The position numbers were made by a program, and so were the translations under genes. 64,000 bases of DNA from a virus. Its lineage: Duplodnaviria > Heunggongvirae > Uroviricota > Caudoviricetes. Where the stretch lies: the IMG/VR virus record IMGVR_UViG_2909314774_000001, one strand, 5' to 3'. The notes beneath the pieces are model-generated. The model was given only the letters and a program-made list of their open reading frames with translations. It was not told the origin of the DNA and did no database searches. Positions 50,565-59,979 of the stretch are shown piece after piece (positions within the stretch are counted from its first letter, which is position 1; the number at the start of each line of letters is the position of its first letter).

Positions 50565-52230
50565 CTCCCCTAAAAAGTTCAGGCGTCCAGTTGGACGCCT
50601 TTTTTATCGCAATTATCTTATTAAGAAAACAATTTGTTTAAAAGGATAAGAAAACATGACAACTATTAAGAAACTCTACGATGCCGCAAACGTGGCTCTG
50701 GATGTTATTGATGATGAAGTAGCAAAAGGCTTTCCTGAACCTGATTGGGCGCATCAGCTACGAAACGCTATCGCAGAAATGACCCCACCAGATCCAACCC
50801 CCGACGAGACAGACTGGCAGCGATTCATCCGTATGTACGCTCAGGAAATAGGTCCAACGCCAACGGCAGAGCAGGCAATGCTGCTGAAATACTTCAAAGA
50901 GGCGGGAGAGGATTTACCAATTGATGACTCAGCATATTGGTTCCACTGCGCATGGCGTAAGTATGACGTGATATTCACACAAGGCATGGGAAGCAAAGAT
51001 ATGGTTGTGTGGCATCTACTCCATATAGACACAGCCGTTGACAGAGTTATTGAACAGTTTTTCCCTAAACAAGAAGATTGATCGCCTATTCATAACTAAC
51101 AAAATAAGTAAACACTAACCACAAAAGGAAAAACACATGAGAGTTTTAGTTCGAATCGTTACCAGCACTGTCTATGACGTGTTTCCGCTTTTTATGGTCA
51201 AAGCCGATGGCCTTAACGACGAAGAAACTGACGCGCTGATCCAGCGTATTCTCGTTGAATATACAGGTCATGACGCTGATTCAGTGATGGTTGATGATGA
51301 TGGTGTTTGTTGGCATAACGGCAACTGTTGGTACGTAGAAGAGACTCAACAAATCAGTGATGAAGATGCCGAACATCTTGAGCGTATTTTAAGCATCAGC
51401 ACTTTTGAGTGAGTTTACAGTAAAATTTATATAAGTTAGTATCTACCTATCATGAAGATTTTTATTGAATACTTGTTACTCATCGTTTCAATAGCTTTTG
51501 TCATCGACTGCATTTTCACTGGTGTCATTCGTAAAGTCTTTTCCCCGGTGCACGACGTAGTCATAAACGCTTTGGCTATCGTGCTCGTATTTAATTCAGC
51601 ATTTGATGTAATCAAAGAGGTGGCAGCATGAAGGCCATCCCATTCGCGCTGTTGTTCCTTTCTTCGATCGTTGTGGCCGACACCACTGTTTATCAGTGTG
51701 AAATGTCTGTAGCCGACGTTAAGAATGGCGCTCTTACCGACGTCATAAAAGCACCATATGGAGCGATGGTCGTAGACAGCGGCGACCAGTTCTATGTTGT
51801 GCGTGACGATCGAGTGTTGTCATCCCCATATCTCACAAATCGTAATGGCAAATTAACCGGCGTCGGAGAAGACCACTTCGTATACAACAAATACAAGGGC
51901 TTCTATGGCGTTCACGCTTCTCAGCAAAGCTACCTTTTCGATGACTGCAAGGAGGTTGGATAATGGCATTAACACTGGCAGGTCTGGAAATCGAGAAAAC
52001 AAGCGGCTACTGGCGTGCTAAGGGTTTCAAGCAGCCTGGCATTCTTGAGCGTCTGGAACGTGAAGATGGGTATATCGTCCACCAGCGGCGTGAATGGCGT
52101 ATGTACGATCCAGAAACAGGAAAACTGACTACAAAAGCCGGAACACTTTGGGGTCTGTTGAAGAAAATTCACTGATAACACCAACCACTGCGGTGAGTAG
52201 TCTGCTCACCGCATTCGTATCCAGCTCATT

Positions 52231-52662
52231 ATCCACTGTAGTCAGTAACAAAACCTTCCTACATATCTGCTAACCACTGTAGCGAGTAGACAGCCTTTCA
52301 TTCGCATCAAACAACCACTATGGTGAGTATTGGAGTGAGATGTCCAGCGGGTATCCACTATGGTGAGTAAGCCTTTGCTGTTTTCAGTGGATATCCACTC
52401 GCCACAGTGGATACGCTCAAAGATGAGGGCGACAACAACCACTATAGACAGTAAATTTTCCAAGATACCCAGTGACCACTAACCTCGCAGCCCTTGTTTC
52501 ATCAGTGTTAGTGATCACTAACATTTAATTCAGTATTTGCATTCTACTGCCTACAGTGGTTATCAACAGATAACGATACTCACTATAGTGGATAGCGAAT
52601 TACAGATATAAGTAAGGCTCACTACAGTGGATAGTGAGCCTTACTACTAACTACAGTGGTTG
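52231..52662. repeat. iteron array downstream of repA (incA-like), both orientations
   Basis: About nine copies of a ~19-bp unit with core CCACTRTAG / CTAYAGTGG (e.g. ccactgtagtcagtaac, ccactatggtgagta, cactatagtggatag, ctacagtggatag) plus palindrome GTGGATATCCAC at 52387-52398. Confidence 0.8.
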
Positions 52663-52664
52663 GG

Positions 52665-53720
52665 CTATTTGCGAGTCTTTGCCTTGCGCAACTCTTCGAG
52701 AAGCGCCAGTTCTTCTTTACTCAACATGACCATTTTGCCTTCTTTTTCGTCAGGCACAACGTCGATAATGTCATCTTGATTCTCATCTGGGAGGCTATAT
52801 TCCGTCTCATCATTATCGATTTTTGTTGATATTTGTGCCTGGCGTAACTTTGGCCGCCTATAGTGGATGACGAAGTAGACCGAGTTTCCGCGCTTAACTT
52901 CCGTGTAATCGAGATATCCTATCTCTCGCAGCTGTTCCATAGCCTTTCTTACCGTCGCATTCTGAGTAATAGTGCGACTTGTCAGATTAAGTCTGGCGCG
53001 TAAACGGGCTAGTGATATTGGTGCCGGATCAGGCGGCAAACTTTCAATAAAAGTATAAAGCGCCTGAGCGGATTCTTTTCTTGAGAGTTCGTTTATAGCC
53101 CGGAGTTGCAGAAGAACCTTTTTGTCGAACTGGTAGAGTTCGAAAATCTTGGGATCTGCTTTCAGTTCGACCGTATCGTGCTTGACACTATATTTTGCCG
53201 TTTGCACAAGATGCGTTACGTAAAACTCATCAGAGCCTTTGCTACGGAACGAGATGGTATTTGTGGCAATACGGCTTAGCGAACTGTCCAGGCGTTTGCG
53301 TAACTTCGCTGATGACCTGGCGGTCGGAATGCCACACAGCCTTACAAACTCAACGAACGGCAATGTGACAGTATCGCCAACGACCTTGTGTTTGGCAAAC
53401 GCGTGGATTATTCCCACCCACGTTTTAAAGTCGTTATCCATATCAAGCCGAAGGCCAGAGATCCTTATGTCTTCGTACCCTTCGGCTTTTGCCAGAGACA
53501 GCTGTTTGAGTTCAGCAGAGGCATCCATAGAGACCATTTGCCCCTTTCTTCCTCTGGATGTCGATTTCAGCGTCGGAACGAAGAGGCCCAGACGCATCAA
53601 AGCAACAGGCTGAACAGTGTTATTAGTGTTAGGAACCAACGTAACAACTTCGCCTGTCTTTTTATCTGTTTCTGAAAATGCTTCAACGATCGCTATGTTT
53701 TTATTGCCGTTTTCGCTCAT
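52665..53720 (-). CDS. repA: iteron-binding replication initiator (RepA-like)
   Basis: 351-aa ORF flanked on both sides by arrays of its likely binding sites and adjacent to DnaA boxes and an AT-rich stretch; call is from context, I cannot verify the family by sequence. Confidence 0.6.
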   Translation of the reverse strand: MSENGNKNIAIVEAFSETDKKTGEVVTLVPNTNNTVQPVALMRLGLFVPTLKSTSRGRKGQMVSMDASAELKQLSLAKAEGYEDIRISGLRLDMDNDFKTWVGIIHAFAKHKVVGDTVTLPFVEFVRLCGIPTARSSAKLRKRLDSSLSRIATNTISFRSKGSDEFYVTHLVQTAKYSVKHDTVELKADPKIFELYQFDKKVLLQLRAINELSRKESAQALYTFIESLPPDPAPISLARLRARLNLTSRTITQNATVRKAMEQLREIGYLDYTEVKRGNSVYFVIHYRRPKLRQAQISTKIDNDETEYSLPDENQDDIIDVVPDEKEGKMVMLSKEELALLEELRKAKTRK

Positions 53721-53764
53721 TCCAAATGTCTCTTGTTATTCGACGGCTTTGGTGGCCTTTGCTG

Positions 53765-53888
53765 ATTACAGTGGATAGTAGCACTCATCACAGCGGTTAT
53801 CCTACCGTCTATAGTGGTTTTTCTCCTCTCTATAGTGGTTGCTTTGCTCCCTATAGTGGATTATTCGCTCTCTATAGTGGATATCGAT
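53765..53888. repeat. origin iterons immediately upstream of repA
   Basis: Five to six direct repeats spaced ~21 bp with core CTATAGTGG (gtctatagtggttt, ctctatagtggttg, ccctatagtggatt, ctctatagtggata). Confidence 0.8.
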
Positions 53889-53995
53889 CATGTCTGAAGG
53901 CAGATGGCACAACGGTTTGAGGTTGGCGGGGATCTTATTGGGTCTTTATGGGTCTCTTTGGTTCTCTTTGTGATCTGAATTACTGGATCGGGCCT

Positions 53996-54051
53996 GTGGA
54001 TAAAAATCAGAGGATTTCAAGAACAGGTAACTCTACTCTTCTGTGGATATT
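53996..54051. promoter_or_regulatory. DnaA boxes in AT-rich origin region
   Basis: TGTGGATAA (53996-54004, perfect DnaA box on opposite strand) and TGTGGATAT (54043-54051) between two iteron arrays; a third iteron array (CTCTACAGTGG-like, 5 copies) lies at 54161-54270. Confidence 0.6.
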
Positions 54052-54462
54052 TAAGGACATAAGAATCATGACTAAGAGTAGAGTTGAGATATATCTATGT
54101 ATATCAGTATGTTAATGAAGAATTAAGTCATTAAGTTATCCATAAAAGACAATGTGCTCTACTCTCTACAGTGGATATATACAGCTCTCCAGAGTGGTTG
54201 TTTTACTCTTCATAGCGGTTATTCAGCTCTCTACAGAGGTTTCTTTGCTCTCCATAGTGGATGGCAACACCCTTTCAGACCAGTAACCGCAACGGCTAGA
54301 GGCGATCGGGGATCTCTTTGGATCTTCTATTTGATCTTACTTGGGATCTCTTATTTGGATCTATCCAGTGGATAACTGGGATAAGTAAAACAGGCAAATG
54401 CAGATTAAGGTATGCCTAATGAGTTATCGTAGCATCGGCCAATAACTACTGAAAAAACGATT

Positions 54463-55107
54463 ATGGATCTAAAACGCACGCGCTGGGTTCGTCGTCTTGA
54501 GGACGGCTCCTACACTATCGAATCAAATTCCAACCTGAATAAGCAGAAGTTACTTTGTGATATCTGCGGTATAGCGGCGAAGTGCCCGATCTACGAAACC
54601 AGAATTAAACTTGATAAGGCTGGTGTGAACTTTCATTTGAATAGTTGTATCAGGTACGTTCCATTGCTCGCATTTCGTAAACCGATCATCGGATTGGATG
54701 CGCCCTACTTCAACACACTCCGTTCAGGAGTAACGTGGCGAGATCGTTTATCACCAGACAAACTGATTTGCCTTGTATCCGCAGATACAGGAAAAATCAT
54801 TCGTTTTGGGAAAGTAGACAAGGTTTACTCAGGCCCAGTTGACGAGATGTTGCGGAAACACAGCCGGTTTAATCACCTCTGCATGGGTGGTGAGAAAATC
54901 GAGAAGGTTGAAGAAGTGATCCGCAAATCCTACGGACACTTCCTGACCAAAGATAGCCTGCTCACTGCAATCTACATCAGACATGTAAAACGTGAGTTCG
55001 ACCTTGAATACCATAGCGAAGAAGAACTGAACCTTGTCGATCCACGTCCTAAAGCTGGCGTCATAAGCATAAATGCAGCGCGTAAAAAGCCCACTGACGC
55101 GCTGTAA
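54463..55107 (+). CDS. hypothetical protein
   Basis: 214-aa ORF next to the replicon; Cys cluster CDICG...C near N-terminus. Confidence 0.35.
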   Translation: MDLKRTRWVRRLEDGSYTIESNSNLNKQKLLCDICGIAAKCPIYETRIKLDKAGVNFHLNSCIRYVPLLAFRKPIIGLDAPYFNTLRSGVTWRDRLSPDKLICLVSADTGKIIRFGKVDKVYSGPVDEMLRKHSRFNHLCMGGEKIEKVEEVIRKSYGHFLTKDSLLTAIYIRHVKREFDLEYHSEEELNLVDPRPKAGVISINAARKKPTDAL

Positions 55108-55362
55108 CCCTCCAGATCGTATATTGGCGTAGATAGAATCTACGCCCCCTCAAAATAGCTCTCATAGCGTTCTACAGTGATCCTGTCTTATTTTTAGTCA
55201 TACAGACAAGCAAAGTTGCGCCACGATAAATAGGTATATACTTACTTATAAATTTTTGTATATTAAGGCGCTCGTTTCATTCCTAACATACCGTTATGCA
55301 TAGTTGTTTACCTCCTCATTGCTCTTAGAATTTGTATCAAAATAACCACAAAGGAAAAACAC

Positions 55363-56448
55363 ATGACTTTGCCATACGGCGTCATTTCTGACTGCCACTA
55401 CCATAAATGGGATGCGTTCTCCACGACGAACGCTGAGGGGCTTAACTCCAGACTTGAAATACAGTTGGAAGCAACGAAAGAAGCAGCCATCGCCATGAAG
55501 AAGGCCGGTTGTAAGTACATGTTGGTTGCCGGTGATACATTTCACGTCCGAGGAACTGTGTCCCCTTCTGTTTTGCATTACGTAACTGAAACGTACAAGT
55601 GGATTATCAACGAGCTTGATCTGACAGTAGTAATGCTGGCCGGTAATCACGATCTTGAAACCAACGATTCAGTATATAGCGCCAACGCAGCAGCATCGCT
55701 GAGTTCTATCGGCGTGGTAATCGTATGTGGCAAGCGCCCACACTCAATAAAAATTGGTGATGTGACTGTCCACCTGATTAGCTGGCGTAACAATCATGCG
55801 GAGCTTATCAGCGATCTGAAAGCATTACGTAAGAGCGTAGAAGGTGATAATCATGACGTTGTTATCCATACATCCATTAACAAAGCCATTCCAACAATGC
55901 CTGACGTCGGTATCGATGCGCAGGAGTTAAAGGATATCGGCTTTCGTCTCGTGCTTAGTGGGCATTACCACAACCACAAAGAGGTCATTCCTGGAGTTAT
56001 CAGTGTCGGTGCACTGACTCATCAAAATTGGGGAGATGTTGGATCTCTGGCTGGCTACATGATCGTAAACCCGGACGGCAGTTTCAGTCACTACGAAACC
56101 AGTGCGCCTAAATTCATTAACCTGGAAGATGATGTTGCTGATGACCAAATTCGCGGCAACTACGTGCGTTTCCGCGCCGTAATTGAGAACGATGAAGAAG
56201 GCATTAAGTACCAGAACATCCTCAAAACAATGGGTGCAAAAGGTGTCGTGTGCAACTTCATCCGTAAGTCATCAATGATGGAAGGTACAGCCAGCACAAC
56301 TGAAACCAGCAAAATCGATAGCCTGGGAGAGTCGGTATCTGCTTATTGCAAGATTGTCCACGATACTGACGGCGGATTTGATCTGAGCAAATTGGATATT
56401 TTGTGTCAGGAAATCCTCACCGAAGCGGAGAGTTCGGAGGCTGTGTGA
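55363..56448 (+). CDS. SbcD/Mre11-like nuclease (calcineurin-like phosphoesterase)
   Basis: Phosphoesterase motifs LVAGDTFH, MLAGNHD, LSGHYHN; conserved AAAGGAAAAACACATG start context; followed by the SbcC-like gene. Confidence 0.75.
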   Translation: MTLPYGVISDCHYHKWDAFSTTNAEGLNSRLEIQLEATKEAAIAMKKAGCKYMLVAGDTFHVRGTVSPSVLHYVTETYKWIINELDLTVVMLAGNHDLETNDSVYSANAAASLSSIGVVIVCGKRPHSIKIGDVTVHLISWRNNHAELISDLKALRKSVEGDNHDVVIHTSINKAIPTMPDVGIDAQELKDIGFRLVLSGHYHNHKEVIPGVISVGALTHQNWGDVGSLAGYMIVNPDGSFSHYETSAPKFINLEDDVADDQIRGNYVRFRAVIENDEEGIKYQNILKTMGAKGVVCNFIRKSSMMEGTASTTETSKIDSLGESVSAYCKIVHDTDGGFDLSKLDILCQEILTEAESSEAV

Positions 56449-56677
56449 AGCAAAGTCGTTATGGGAGCTTTCGAGACTTTGCCATCACGATGAAAAGACT
56501 TGAACGAGGCCAGACGGTGATGTTTCACAAGCCCTACCCGCCACAAGGAAATCCCGTAGCGTTTTATCTTGGAAGGTTAACAAGAAAAGGCGTATTGAGG
56601 CGCAGATCCTTCCCGGCGCATACGGAGTTCAGATTGAAAGAAGGCCAAAAGCTAACACACGGTATCAGAGGTGTTAT

Positions 56678-58594
56678 ATGAAGTTTTTAAAGCTCCAGGT
56701 TGAGAATTTTATGGCTATCGCCAGCGCGGAGGTCGAGTTAGATCAGCGTGGTTTAGTGCTTATTCAGGGTGTTAATAGTGATGATAGTTCCGCATCAAGT
56801 AATGGCTCTGGAAAGTCAACTCTAATGAATAGCCTGATGTGGTGTCTTTATGGCGAAACAGCTCATGGTGTGAAGGGTGACGATGTGTTGTCTACCGACC
56901 ATGAAAAGAACTGTCGTGTTGCAGTAACCATCGAGGATGAAGGCAAGAGATACGCAATCATTCGTCACCGTAAACACAAAGAGTTCAAAAATCGTCTTAT
57001 CGTTCGTGGTGAAGATGGCGATATGACGAAAGGCAAAGATGCGCTGACGCAGGAGTTCGTCGAGCGTCTGATCGGTGCATCTAAAGAGGTTTTCATGGCT
57101 TCCATCTATGCGAGCCAAGAAGCTATGCCAGATTTACCTGGAATGTCCGACAAAAACCTCAAAACCATCGTAGAAGAAGCCGCTGGCGTTGACAGACTGA
57201 CACGCGCCTACGCTATTGCTCGTGAGCGAGCTAATGCAGCTGCCGCACGTATGGATGTGGTTAAAACCAAATTGGAGTCGACAATCTCGACCATTGAGGC
57301 AACACAGTCAGAAATTGAGTCAGCGAAAGCCTCCTCTGAATCATGGGAGCAAGAGCGTTCTAAACGTTATGACGATGCCCTGGCTGGGCTGGCCAGTGCC
57401 GAAGTTGAGTTAACGGAAGTTGAACTTGAGATCCGCACTCTTCCCGAACAGATACGTGATACCGAGAAGGCAATCGAAAGTGAGCGCAAAAAGTTAGCCT
57501 CAAAAGAAGAACATGACGCCAAGTTGCTCAAAGTTCGTGGTGCGATAACTGATATTCGGGCAAGCATCAAAGCTACAGAAAATAGTCAGGCTGATGCAAT
57601 GAGCCGCGCGCGTAATTTTAAGACCAAAGCAGAAGAGGTTGGTACTAAAGTGGGATCACCATGCCCTACTTGTGGCAAAGCCTACTGCGAAGAAGATCTA
57701 TCAACGGTGAAGGAGAATTTCATTGAACAAGCACGTCAGGAAATTGGTCAGGCGAAGACACTTGCAGAGGCAATGGCTAAACACAAAACGAATCTTGAGA
57801 AAGCGTTAAGCATTGAGTCTGCCCTTGTTAAAACGACACCTGATGTAACGGCTATCATTGCCCGGATTGAAGAGCTTACGAAACAACTCTCATCTTTGCG
57901 TCATCGTGAGAAGGAGGTTGTTGCTATTGAGTCTCTTGTGACTCGTGCTCGTACTGAGGTCGATCGTATATCAAAAGAGATTAATCCGTTTATTGCTCTT
58001 ATCGCCAGACACGAAGATAACCTGGTATCCAGTAAGTCTACCTTCAAGTCCTTAAAAGATGAGTTGAAGGCTATTCAGGAACAAACGTTGCTATTGGAAA
58101 AAGCTCGTCAGGTCTACTCTCCTGCCGGGGTGCGTTCTCATATTTTGACGTCTGTTACGCCTTTCCTGAATACACGCACTGCCGAGTATCTCAATACGTT
58201 GTCTGACGGGAATATTACTGCTGAGTGGTCGACGATGGATGTCACTAAAAAAGGTGAGTATCGCGACAAATTCAACATTAGTGTGCAGAAGAAAGGTTCA
58301 AGTAAGTCGTTCCAGACCCTCTCTGGTGGTGAGAAGCGGAAGGTTCGCATTGCGTGTTCTTTGGCATTGCAGGATCTGGTTAGTAACCGGGCGAGTAAAA
58401 ACATCGATTTGTTTATCGGCGACGAAATTGACGATGCACTCGATACAGCCGGTCTTGAACGCCTCATGGGTATTCTGGAGTCCAAAGCTCGCGAGCGAGG
58501 TACTGTGCTGATTATCTCCCATAAAGAGATGAAGTCATGGTTCCGGGAAACTATTACGCTGGAAGTTAAAGAGGGGCGCAGCTATGTCGTTTAA
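56678..58594 (+). CDS. SbcC/Rad50-like ATPase
   Basis: N-terminal Walker A GSGKST, long central coiled coil with CPTCG zinc-hook-like motif, C-terminal signature and Walker B (LSGGEKRK, LFIGDEIDDALD). Confidence 0.75.
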   Translation: MKFLKLQVENFMAIASAEVELDQRGLVLIQGVNSDDSSASSNGSGKSTLMNSLMWCLYGETAHGVKGDDVLSTDHEKNCRVAVTIEDEGKRYAIIRHRKHKEFKNRLIVRGEDGDMTKGKDALTQEFVERLIGASKEVFMASIYASQEAMPDLPGMSDKNLKTIVEEAAGVDRLTRAYAIARERANAAAARMDVVKTKLESTISTIEATQSEIESAKASSESWEQERSKRYDDALAGLASAEVELTEVELEIRTLPEQIRDTEKAIESERKKLASKEEHDAKLLKVRGAITDIRASIKATENSQADAMSRARNFKTKAEEVGTKVGSPCPTCGKAYCEEDLSTVKENFIEQARQEIGQAKTLAEAMAKHKTNLEKALSIESALVKTTPDVTAIIARIEELTKQLSSLRHREKEVVAIESLVTRARTEVDRISKEINPFIALIARHEDNLVSSKSTFKSLKDELKAIQEQTLLLEKARQVYSPAGVRSHILTSVTPFLNTRTAEYLNTLSDGNITAEWSTMDVTKKGEYRDKFNISVQKKGSSKSFQTLSGGEKRKVRIACSLALQDLVSNRASKNIDLFIGDEIDDALDTAGLERLMGILESKARERGTVLIISHKEMKSWFRETITLEVKEGRSYVV

Positions 58595-59327
58595 ATTAAG
58601 CCGCTCGCAGTTTTTGCAGGTATTTGCAGTGATGCAGTCGATAAAACTGATCAATGGGCATACTTCCAATGGTGCGGCTCCACGTATTCTGTGGGGCAGC
58701 AACAATATTGACGGAGTACAATTCGCCGCGTTGCTTGGTCTAATATCCGAGACGCCATTGATGCAAAGTTTGAAATCACTACCACCTGGATGTATTGCGC
58801 CGATCCTGATTAATCCTTTTGTTGAGGGGGGATATCTTCCCAACGTCGGGCCTGGGTTTATTGCATCCCATGAAACTGAAGATCTTAACATTAATAGCGA
58901 AGGGTTCTTTGGGGGAATGGGTGCGCATCACTGTATGGCTTTCACGAACCTTATTCGACTTGCCAATAAGCGGGTGGATAGTTTGGCATCGCCAGGTGAT
59001 GCTTTTACTGGTTTCCTTATCCAAAGGAGGGATAAAAAGTACAGTGCGGACAAACTACAGTTTGTTGGTAAGTATGGAGAAATGGTAGAAATCGAACTTC
59101 AGCTCCCTCATGTTTTAGCAAACGATAGTGCAGACAGTCGGAGGCTATTGGGCATCATGCGTCATTTCATAGCAAGTGGTGTTAAACATGCCGCAGATAA
59201 ACGTGTCACGCAGGAAAATGAGTATTCAGACTTTGCAAACTATCCCCAACCAACGTTGCAAACGGCAATAGTAGCCAATTCGTTGGAGGCGAGATTATTG
59301 GAAAACCCTATATGGGGAACATGGTAA
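58584..59327 (+). CDS. hypothetical protein
   Basis: 247-aa ORF between the SbcC-like and RuvC-like genes; no motif recognised. Confidence 0.35.
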   Translation: MSFKLSRSQFLQVFAVMQSIKLINGHTSNGAAPRILWGSNNIDGVQFAALLGLISETPLMQSLKSLPPGCIAPILINPFVEGGYLPNVGPGFIASHETEDLNINSEGFFGGMGAHHCMAFTNLIRLANKRVDSLASPGDAFTGFLIQRRDKKYSADKLQFVGKYGEMVEIELQLPHVLANDSADSRRLLGIMRHFIASGVKHAADKRVTQENEYSDFANYPQPTLQTAIVANSLEARLLENPIWGTW

Positions 59328-59336
59328 GGAGACTAT

Positions 59337-59906
59337 ATGAGTAAAAAAATCAGCGTAGTTGGTGTTGATCCCTCAATGAGCAACTTTGGGCTTGCTGTGG
59401 GCACTTTAGACCTTGAGACGGACGAACTTGAGATTCACGGCCTTACTCTTGTTGAGACTAAAGCGGGGAGTAACAAAAAGACCGTTCGTGTGAACAGTGA
59501 CGATCTGCGCCGCGCCAGTGAAATATGGCGTGTTGCGAAGCCAATCATTGATAAGGCAAATATGGTTTTTTGTGAGCTACCGGTTGGGAGCCAAAACTCT
59601 CGTTCGCAGACGTCTTACGGTATTTGTATCGGTGTACTTGCGTGTGTGGATAAGCCATTGATCCAGGTTACTCCAAACGAAATCAAGCATTTTGTCGGCA
59701 ATAAACTTACTACATCGAAAGAAGAGATTATCCAGTGGGCTACGAAAAAACACCCTAAAGCACCGTGGCTGCGTCGTAAGCAATCTGGACAGGATGTTCT
59801 CGTGAACAAAAACGAACATTTGGCTGATGCGGTGGCTGCCATCCATACCGGTATGCAAACAGATCAGTTCCGCCAGGTGCGCGATGTTCTTAAGTCTCTC
59901 ATTTGA
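59337..59906 (+). CDS. RuvC-like Holliday junction resolvase
   Basis: N-terminal ISVVGVDPSMSNFGLAV (RuvC-type first catalytic Asp in a beta-strand) and C-terminal acidic catalytic region; 189 aa. Confidence 0.55.
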   Translation: MSKKISVVGVDPSMSNFGLAVGTLDLETDELEIHGLTLVETKAGSNKKTVRVNSDDLRRASEIWRVAKPIIDKANMVFCELPVGSQNSRSQTSYGICIGVLACVDKPLIQVTPNEIKHFVGNKLTTSKEEIIQWATKKHPKAPWLRRKQSGQDVLVNKNEHLADAVAAIHTGMQTDQFRQVRDVLKSLI

Positions 59907-59979
59907 TTTCATTGATAGGTAAGTGCTTATCTATTAACATGGGCCACTATATTTAGTGGCCCTCTTTATTTGGTGATAC

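Noticed and set aside
52231-54270. Arrays of ~20-bp repeats that could be mistaken for a CRISPR array
   Set aside because: Repeats are degenerate, occur in both orientations, have no unique spacers of regular length, flank a rep-like gene and DnaA boxes, and no cas genes are present; they are iterons.
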